DNA of 64,000 nt from positions 13,702,001 through 13,766,000 of the forward strand of contig NC_088813.1 of NCBI RefSeq assembly GCF_011386835.1, given 5' to 3'. The DNA is from Chrysemys picta bellii. Its lineage: Eukaryota. The notes under the pieces were generated by a model. The model saw only the letters and a program-made list of their open reading frames with translations, searched no databases and was not told where the DNA came from. The translations under genes and the position numbers were made by a program. Below, in pieces: positions 45,330 through 64,000 of this stretch. Each line of letters begins with the position of its first letter. The stretch's first letter is position 1.

Positions 45330-45575
45330 CAGGGCCGGCTCCAGGGTTTTTGCCGCCCCAAGCGGTGGAAATAAATAAATAAATAAAAGCCGCGATCGGC
45401 GGCAGCTCCACCGCGCCGCTTTCTTCTTCGGCGGCAATTTGGCGGCAGGTCCTTCCCTCCAAGACGGACCGAGGGACCTGCCACCAAATTGCCGCCGAAG
45501 AGCCCGACTTGCCGCCCCTTCCCCTTGGCCGCCCCAAGCACCTGCTTGCTGAGCTGGTGCCTGGAGCCGGCCCTG
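45330..45575. mobile_element. hAT MITE nested in CR1
   Basis: Perfect 16-bp TIR CAGGGCCGGCTCCAGG; perfect 8-bp TSD CTTAGGAA (45322-45329, 45576-45583). Confidence 0.9.
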
Positions 45576-46215
45576 CTTAGGAAGGAAAAATCAGCTACAA
45601 AATGGGGAATAACAGGCTAGGCGGTAGTACTGCTGAAAAGGATCTGGGAGTTATAGTGAACCACAAACTGAATATGAATCAACAATGTGATGCGGTTGTG
45701 AAAAAGGGTAATATCATTCTGGGTGTGAATTAACGGAAGAGTTGTATGTAAGACATGGGAGGTAATTGTCCCGCTCCGCTTAGCAGTGGGGAGGTCTCAT
45801 CTGGAGTACTGTGTGAAATTCACAGTGCCACACCATGAGAAAGATGGGGACAAACTGGAGAGATTCTGGAAGAGAGCAACAAAAATGACAAAAGGTTAAG
45901 AAAATCTGACTTAGAAGGAAAGGGTAAAAAAAAAGGGCATGTTTAGTCTTGAGAAAAGAAGACTGAGGGGGGATCTACTAACAGTCTTCAGATAAATTTT
46001 ACAAAGAGGACTGTGACCAATTGTTCTGAAGGTAGGACAAGAAGTTATGGGCTTAATTGGCAGCAAGGGAGATTTAGGTTAGATATTAGGAAAAATTTTC
46101 TAACTATAGGGGTAGTTAAGCTCTGGAATAGGCTTCCAAGAGAGGTTGTGAAAACTCCATCATTGGAGATTTTTAAGACCAGGTTGGACAAACACCTGTC
46201 AGGGACGGTCTAGGT

Positions 46216-46548
46216 CAGGAATCAGCAACCTTTGGCACGTGGCCCGTCAGGGGAATCGGCTGGTGGGCCGGGCTGGTTTGTTTACCTGCAGCGTCCGCAG
46301 GTTCGGCCGATCGCAGCTCCCACTGGCTGCGGTTCGCCGTTCCAGGCCAATGGGGGCTGCGGAAAGTGGCAGCAAGCACATCCCTCAGCCCACGCCGCTT
46401 CCCACAGCCCCCATTGGCCTGGAATGGCAAACCGTGGCCACTGGGAGCTGCGATCGGCGGAACCTGCGGACGCTGCAGGTAAACAAACCGTGCCGGCCCG
46501 CCAGCGGATTTCCCTGACGGGCCGTGTGCCAAAGGTTGCCGATCCCTG
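46216..46548. mobile_element. hAT-Charlie-like MITE nested in the CR1 3' end
   Basis: Termini caggaatcagcaacc / ggttgccgatccctg; perfect TSD GTCTAGGT (46208-46215, 46549-46556); internally palindromic. Confidence 0.9.
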
Positions 46549-47069
46549 GTCTAGGTCTACTAGGTCCTGCCTCAGCACATGGGGGGCTGGACTAGACGAC
46601 TTCTCGAGGTCCCTTCCAGCCCGACATTTCGATGATTTTGTGATTTATACAAAAGCAGGCTTTGCTCGGTGGCAAGTTTGATCATTTCTTCCCACAAAGC
46701 AAATGTGGAGAATTTAAAAATGGACAAAACCCTTTGAAATGAACCAAAAGAGAGGAAAAAATATGAGTAATGTTTATTTCTGTCTCCGTTATTGATTTAG
46801 TAGAACTTAGCTGACAGCTTGGAAAATCTCCTGCTTTCCCATGGATTCAGGGGGGAGTTGAATGCTCTCCATCATCAGTGGGCTGATCTCCAGTGAAATC
46901 AATGGAAAGACTCCAGTTAATTTCAATAGGCCTTGGATAGGGCCCCCAGCTGACAAGACAGCAGCTTCCCAGTTTTTTATTAATTATTCTTTTCCATTCT
47001 ATTTAACCCTTTATAGCTTGTTACCCTTCTCTGCAGCATAATTACACTGGAGCTGTAAAACTGGAGTTT

Positions 47070-47470
47070 TCATAGTCATAGAGTTTCAGGCCAGGAGGCA
47101 CTAGTACACTGTCTTCTCTGTATTCTTGTATATCATGGACCTTTAAACACCGGCCAGCCACTCCGCCACCAGAATCAGACCCAAGGGGTGCCAAAGGCAG
47201 AGAACAGGAGAGACCAAGATGAACCAGTCCCCAAGGCTTCTGCCACGGCAGGAAATTGATTAAGTGAGCTATACCCAGATAATCCTGGCAAACGACTCGC
47301 GCCCCATGCTGTAGAGGAAGATGAAAAAAAACCCAAGGTCCCTGCCAATCTGACCTAGGGGGAAATTCCTTCTTGACCTTGAATATGATGATCAATTAGG
47401 CCCTGAGCATGTGAGCAAAACCCTCCAGCTAAGCGCCCGAGAGAGAGAATTCTTAGTGCCAGCTCAATCC
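47070..47470 (-). mobile_element. CR1-type 3' UTR fragment
   Basis: catagtcatagagttt tail-like start and ggggaaattccttcttgacc..ccctgagcatgtgagcaa motifs that I recognise as turtle CR1 3' UTR. Confidence 0.5.
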
Positions 47471-49189
47471 ATTTCAGCCAGTGTCCCTTCTCGTTGGGGG
47501 AGATTTTTAGGAGCACAAAAGACAAGTAGGCATCTGGGTCCTATTGAAAGTTGCTGAGCGTTGGGTGCTTAACTGCTGTTTGTGTCTTTGAAAAGCCACC
47601 TCTTTGTGCCTGCCTGCTGCCTGCTTAAACAGACATTCGCACAGGGCTGCACCAGGGAGGGGGAAAGAACAATTACAAATGAGCTAGGTGCACCAGCTGC
47701 ACCACTTTGTTTTAGAACAGATGCACTCGCTGATAACAGATCAAGCTTAACATTTTCAAAAGCAGCCTCTGATTGTGAGTACCCCAGCCGGAGACACCTG
47801 GGTCTTGGGGTTGAGTACACATAGCTCCCATTGACGTCATTCCAGTTGTGGGTGCTGAATATCTGGCCCCAGGTGTCTCCAGTTGGGTTCCCAAGAAAGG
47901 AAGCTTCCAACGTAAGTGGCCACTTTGGACAAATTGAGCCAAATACACAGGGACCCAGAGCATAGCCTGGGAAAAACCAGTTCACAGGCCAGAGCCTCAG
48001 CTGGTGTCAGTTGCAACGTGGCCAACTCTCACAATTTTATCTCGACTCGCGTGATACTTAGTGTTCTTAAAGTCCCAGGTTGGGAAATCCTGATATGGCA
48101 TGAGGATCTCAGGTTTCATTGAAAACAAACAAACAAAAAAGATAAGTTTCTAGTTCTCATGTTTGCAGAAAAAATCCCTAAAGGCTCAGAAACCCAAAAG
48201 GCAAAGAGAAAAACCTCATGATTTTAAGCCCATCTCATGCTATTTAGCGGCCCGATTCATGATTTTGTAACGCTCACGGTTCACAATATTGAAATTGGCT
48301 GTCTGTGGCGCTACTCCAGCTCCATCTGCTCCAGCCTGAAATACTTTGCCAACTTAAATAATGCCAACGTGAAGTTAAAGGGAAACTCTCAATGTCAAAA
48401 GCCACATTTCAGTCTAAACGTTCCTCCGTGCCCCTGCCCCCCCGCTGCTATTACAAGTGAAGTCTAAGATTAGCAGAGATGAAATATGCCAGAGAGAAAA
48501 TAATTCTTTGGGTCTGATTTTTCATCCCGGTTGATGCAGCTAGAAGGAACTATGCTGGTGTGAAGCCAGTTTGACTGAGTGGAGAATCAAGCTTCTGGCT
48601 TGTTCCCTTTGTGCGTTTCACACCATACCAAAGGGCAGGGGGGCTCAGGGGCTGGTGTATTACCTGCTACTGCTGTGAACTCATTCTTACACACTAGGGC
48701 TGTGTCTACACTGCCACTTTCAGCGCTAAAACTTTTGTCGTTCAGGGGGTGTGAAAAAACACCCCCCTGAGCAACAAAAGTTTTCCGGCCCGTCTTCACT
48801 GGCAACATTAAAGCACTGCCATGAGGGCAGGGGACTGAACTCGATGACCTCTCGAGGTCCCTTCCCGTCCTAGAATCTATGAATCTATGGAAACATGGCT
48901 TGTGTAGTCACAGCACCAGCGCTGGGAGAGAGCTCTCCCACCACTCTAAAAAAAACCCACCTCGGGGAGGGGAATAGCTACCAGCGCTGGGAGGAAATCA
49001 AGGAGCCGGAGCCAGTGCTAACCGATAGGTGCTCAGAGGAGGAATGGAAAACAAATGGTGAGTTGATGAGCCAGTGAGATACAGGCTGGCTGTTCCAGGG
49101 GGCAAGAGGAGAGGGTCTCATATCGCTAGAGACAAGGTTATATGCCAGGTGCAGATGGTCACGCAAGGTGCAAGCACTGAGAGAGAAAG

Positions 49190-49320
49190 GCTGCTCTCGT
49201 GGTTAGGGCACTAACCTAGGACTAGGGAGAGACAGATTTGATTCCCTGCTCTGTCACAGATGCCCTGTGTGACCTCTGGCAAGTCACTTAGTCTCTCTAG
49301 GCCACAGTTTCCTATCCCCA
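49190..49320 (+). mobile_element. MIR/CORE-SINE-like fragment
   Basis: ggttagggcact..gattccctgctctgtcacaga..tgtgtgacc..ggcaagtcactt..cagtttcc. Similar fragments lie at ~19350-19470, 26960-27070, 35300-35410, 36915-37110 and 62365-62480. Confidence 0.6.
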
Positions 49321-50599
49321 GAGAACGTTACCAGGCCATTGCAGACATGGGAGAGCTGTGTGCCACTGGGCTCTCCCCTCGCAGCACCCATTACACGATC
49401 ACCTGAAATGAACGAAGCCGACAGTTTCTATTAAAGGAGCCACCTCTCCTCTTAGCTTCCGCGGTTGTCCAGCACCTATAAATGTGAAGCCTCAGAGACA
49501 GGCAAGGCCCCTCAGCACGAATTCCAAACCACTAGGGCCCAGCGCCCGTGAGTTCTGAGCTCTCTCACCCTTCACAGATTTCAAAGGGAGCTGGTGATGC
49601 TCGGCACCGTGCGGAGCAGACCGATGGCGAGGGAGGCAGAGGAGGGAGATGCCCTAAGCCAGGCTTTTCCGTGGCTGTGGGCTGACCTTTCCAGACTGAC
49701 TCACTGAGCGGCATTCCCCTCCTCCTCCTCCCCCCCATCCCCCTGATTTATGCTGTGCTCAGCGTTTGTGGGAGGGCCACGCTTTCCAGGTGACTTGTGC
49801 GGTTAACGCGAAAAGGGCGCTTTCCTCTGGCAAGGCCCGCGTTTGCCAGCCCGCCCCTGACACCCCCGCCTGCTGTTTTGCACATACCACATGTTTGTAT
49901 GTACGTGCCACCCACACTCCTGGATGTGCCGTTACGGGAGCTCTTCAGGGTTCGTCGTTTCAAACGCCCAGGTTAGTCTGTTTGCTGGGGTGATTCTGCC
50001 CGTTTGGCTGATTCTTGATTACGAGGAACCAGTCGTGCGTGTTGAAAGCGTTGAGAATGGGGGGTGCTCGGCACCTCTGAAAATCACGTCTCAGGGTCTC
50101 AAGTTGGGCTCCTAAAGTTGTGGCCCTGGCTGGAAACTGGTCCCAAAGGGCAGAAGGACTTGGAGTACAGCCTGGCACCAAACAACGCCCCTGCCAGTGT
50201 CTCAGCTAGTAACTCTCGTCTGTCCTTAGCGGACGGGGAAGCTGGAAATGGGAGCAAATGAAGCAGCGGGGTCGCCCCAGCAGAGGAAATGTGAAGCACA
50301 CACCGGGCCTGTGTATTGTCTGTGCTCTGCATGGACGCCGATGAGAGTAGCACACGAGGATCATGGCCCTGAGAGAGGGGATGAAGATGCAAATTCCCAA
50401 GATTGGGCACTCTAGCTGGTTCTGCTGGCTGGGGCAGCTTGTCTTGTCCTGTCTTCCCAGGTCTTGTTCCTGGCGTCAGGGAGCTCTCTGGGCAATGGGC
50501 TTGTCAAGGGCTGAATGGCTGGAGTTCATAAACTGCTCTCTGCATCGGGGCTGATCCTTTGAATGGCAGACAGTTACCTGGGGCTAATCTGCAGCTGCG

Positions 50600-51075
50600 C
50601 TTGGAGCTGTGATTTCTGAGCGATCTCCGGGGCTATGCAGGGTTAAGAGAGGTCAGCACCTGGAGGGGGACCGAAGATGACCCTGTGCTTTAGGAGGTGG
50701 AGTCTGTTCACCTTTGAGCCAGTGTCTTTGTGTGGTGTTAAGGGCCCTGTCGTGCTGTATTTAGGCATAACACCAAGGACCTGCTTGCTTATGGTCATTA
50801 AAGACTCAATCGTGTTGTTTGCACGATCAGGGGCGTTTCTTCCAATGTCCTGGCCAGATTCCAACGTGGATAATTATGTTCGGCCTCCCTCAATTCCCTT
50901 CGCAGTCCCAGCTCCATCGCTTCCTGTCCTAAACTCTTGTGCAACGTTGCTGTGGTCTGATAAATGGCGGCTGCGTTCCATCCCAGAGCTGGCTGCGTTT
51001 CTGCAGTGGCAGGCAAAGCAGTGAATACACAGTTAATATCACAAGCTGTGAAGTCTGTAAAGCACTATGCCTGGC
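50600..51075 (+). mobile_element. Near full-length AmnSINE1-like element (5S-derived head)
   Basis: 50621-50671 gatctccggggctatgcagggttaagagaggtcagcacctggagggggacc resembles the 5S rRNA internal promoter region. It is followed by tcctggccagattccaac..acttcctgtcctaaac..gttgctgtg..ggctgcgttccatcccagag..tgtaaagcact. Confidence 0.7.
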
Positions 51076-51933
51076 TTGGGATGGTAAATGCAGTTGAAAT
51101 GTAACAGGATATTATCACTGATTAACTTCCCTCCACTCCTCTGACAGATGGAGCCAATTACTGTGTGTGTGAGAGTAGGGGGCACCCATGTCCCCCTCTG
51201 TGCTCGATGCACAGAGTCTGTGAAGCCACCTGCTATAGCGGTTGTCTCTTTAGCTCACGCTGTAAAGACTCACGCTTTTAGCTTTGGAGGTCCTGGGTTT
51301 ATTTCCCCAACCACGATGGCAGCTGTCACTCGTGTACAGACTCTCCCAGCCCTTTACGCATCCTGCCGGAGGGCTGGTCGCAGTCATGCTCTGGAGCGCG
51401 TGAGAGACTGCTCCTCCGGGGGACACGTATTGTGGTGTCGAAGTGGCGTGTGCCTTCAAGGGCTGAACTTCCCAGAAAGAGAGGCTGGGTGGGGCACTGG
51501 GAAGCTCTTCTTGATATGCACAGGAGAGCTCTTGCAAGAACCTTAAGCGCTGAGTGACAACTGAAGACCACACATCAACCTAGAAAGGGAGGGGAGGCCC
51601 AGAGGCATATTTCCTCCTTAAATGCCCCCTGGGTGGGGATGGCCCCATGCTATGCCTCAGCCCCACAACCGAGCCCTGTGCCTCTGGAGGAGCCAACACC
51701 TCGTTCTTCCCTGCCCTCTGGGGGGCTATTGAAGCCTCCTTTAGAACCAGGGAGGAGACTGGATTCCAGCCGGACCTGTTACTTGTGGCGAGACTGTCGC
51801 CTGCATTCCAGGGACGTGCCCGTTTGCATTTGGTTTGCGCTGGGATGTTCAGGTCCCTCTGGGTGAGGAATGAAGACCCGGACCCTCCCTTTTCACAGCC
51901 TCTGGCTCTCGTCCCCCTCTTCCTGCAGGGACC

Positions 51934-62050
<10,117 letters not shown>

Positions 62051-63018
62051 TGAGGAGCTGCCGTCAGTTTGGGGAGATCCACCAGCCGGTACCCCTGCAG
62101 CGCCCTGCTGCCCTCCTGCTTTGTGCAGAGATCTTCAGCTGTGGAGCATCTGAAGCAAGAACCGGCAGGGCGCCCAGAGCAGAGAACGAGGCCTGGGGGG
62201 AGGCGGGTAAAGCCCTACGGGCTCATCCAGAGGCTTCCATCCCTTCCTTCAGGCTTGTGCTCAGCTTGGCGGTGCCTATGGCTCTTGCTCGATTCCCAGT
62301 GCCCCCCCCCCGACGGTGCTCTACTGAGAGACTGAGTAGGGCAGAAGTGTGGTCCAGCTGTTAGAGCAGCGACTCAGGAGCCAGGACGCCTGGGTTCTTT
62401 TCCCAGCCCTGCCACTTACTCACTGTGTGACCTTGGGTGAATCACTCCAATGCCCCGTGCCTCAGTTTCCCCAACCTTAGCATGGGGATGATGGCAGCCA
62501 GCTGGTGGTTACAGGGTTTGGCACTTATCCACTGGTTGTTTGCAGAGCACTGCGTGGCGGAAGCGGTCCCAAGAGGGGCACTGTTACTGCAAAGCCTCTT
62601 AAATGCCCTGTCCTGCTTTTCCCCCTTTCCCCTAGAACTGGGCCTCAGGGACAGCTCCATCTGAACTCCCCAGTGCCTTGGAGAGCTGACCCGGAGCCTG
62701 GCGTTCCCTTGCCTCATTACTAATGAGACAGGAAATCACCCTGGGCTCGTGGCGCTGCGGCTATTCTAGTCCCTCCGGCGGGCGCTGCCTATTGTCTCAC
62801 GCAGTCTTTCATTTCCTTTGCCTGCTCTGAGAGCCAAGAGCAGCGGGTTCGGGTCACGACCTCCATTATCCAGAGGGTGTGACAGTGAACCTGGACAAAC
62901 TAATCCTGGCAGAGGAGGAGGGAGGTCAGCTGGATGGGATAGGGAGAGACAAGACCTACAGACAGCTCTCCCTTTCCTGCCTGCCTCCACTCCGTGCCAG
63001 GCTGTGAGCTTCCTGGCA

Positions 63019-63580
63019 AGAACTAAAATGATTAGGGGTTTGAAACGGGTCCCATATGAGGAGAGATTAAAGAGGCAAGGACTTTTCAGCTTAGAAAAGA
63101 GGAGACAGGGGGATATGATAGAGGTCTATAAATCATGAGTGGTGAGGAGAAAGTGAATAAGGAACAGTTATTTACTTGTTCCCATAATATAAGAACTAGG
63201 GGCCACCAAATGAAATGAATGGGCAGCAGGTTTAAAACAAATAAAAGGAAGTTCTTCTTCACACAGCACACAGTCAACCTGTGGAACTCCATGCCTGAGG
63301 ATGTTGTGAAGGCTAGGACTATAACAGGGTTTAAAAGAGAACTGGATAAATTCATGGAGGTTAAGTCCATTAATGGCTATTAGCCAGGATGGGTAAGGAA
63401 TGGTGTCCCTAGCCTCTGTCTGTCAGAGGGTGGAGAGGGATGGCAGGAGAGAGATCACTCGATCATTACCTGTTAGGTTCACTCCCTCTGGGACACCTGG
63501 CATTGACCACTGTTGGCAGACAGGACACTGGGCTGGATGGACCTTTGGTCTGACCCAGTCTGGCCGTTCTTATGTTCTTA
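63019..63580 (+). mobile_element. CR1 LINE 3' fragment
   Basis: ORF2 C-terminal peptide (TKMIRGLKRVPYEERLKRQGLFSLEKRR), then a 3' UTR ending ggctggatggacctttggtctgacccag..gttcttatgttctta. Confidence 0.9.
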
Positions 63581-64000
63581 AAAGTGTCGTAGAAGGCAGG
63601 AGTCCAGTTCAGAGGGCTGCTAAACAAGAGTCACAAGGGGCAAATCCCGAGGGTGCAGCATGGCCCTTCTCTGTCTCGCCGGCTCCATGGCAGAGTCATG
63701 TTCCTTTCCTCTGAGCGTTGGCGGCTCTGCCAGAGGAAACGCGCCTGCCTGTTATGTTTGGCTGTTGAGCAGAAAGGCCGATGGGACCCAAGCTGCCCAG
63801 CCAACTCCAGGGTTGTTCAGGTCTATTTTTAGACCTGGGACATGTTGCTCAAGAAGTTTGCAAGGAGTTGATTTCTCAGTATGATCCTCCCATGGGACGA
63901 TGGGGGCTTATAGGGGTTCTTGGGGAATGTTTCTCAGAGGGGCCCAGGTCTGTCGTTCCGGGGGCAGTTCACACTGCATGGTGCCTGTGTGTGTGAATTG

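Larger units (their letters stand above)
44090..46645 (+). mobile_element. CR1 LINE (ORF2 3' half plus tail), decayed, with an internal 90-bp triplication and two nested MITEs
   Basis: Fragmentary ORF2 peptides ([53 protein letters not shown]) and a 3' tail ggactagacgac..ggtcccttccagc..gatgattttgtgatt. Confidence 0.9.

Noticed and set aside
50621-50671. 5S rRNA-like sequence
   Set aside because: Short, diverged and contiguous with a SINE body; it is an AmnSINE1 head, not an rRNA gene.

Overview
Vertebrate genomic DNA, almost certainly a turtle. The evidence is a tortoise-type tRNA-derived Pol III SINE, CR1 LINEs, many hAT MITEs, Penelope-like termini and a sauropsid-type LCK N-terminus. The window is the syntenic block TMEM234(-) / EIF3I(+) / MTMR9-like(-) / FAM167B(+) / LCK(+, 3' part beyond the window), the same order as human 1p35. 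I assembled all exons by hand from splice sites and reading frame. TMEM234 (131 aa), EIF3I (325 aa), MTMR9-like (559 aa) and FAM167B (192 aa) are complete and in frame; 8 LCK coding exons (320 codons) are present. Main points of interest: (1) an intact 10-exon MTMR9-like pseudophosphatase at the position of the human pseudogene MTMR9LP, apparently lacking most of the C-terminal coiled coil; (2) a U12 minor-spliceosome intron in EIF3I; (3) a 90-bp in-frame triplication inside a CR1 whose junction linker is a 19-nt exact match to the tRNA-derived part of the turtle SINE; (4) a 113-bp head-to-head TMEM234/EIF3I promoter next to a G4-prone 12 x ~50-bp VNTR; (5) a solo LTR with a perfect 5-bp TSD in EIF3I; (6) a near full-length AmnSINE1 just upstream of LCK and a candidate LCK distal promoter. 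No rRNA, tRNA gene or CRISPR array was seen. I cannot claim a wholly new system: no database searches could be run, and repeat family names come from recognition only.
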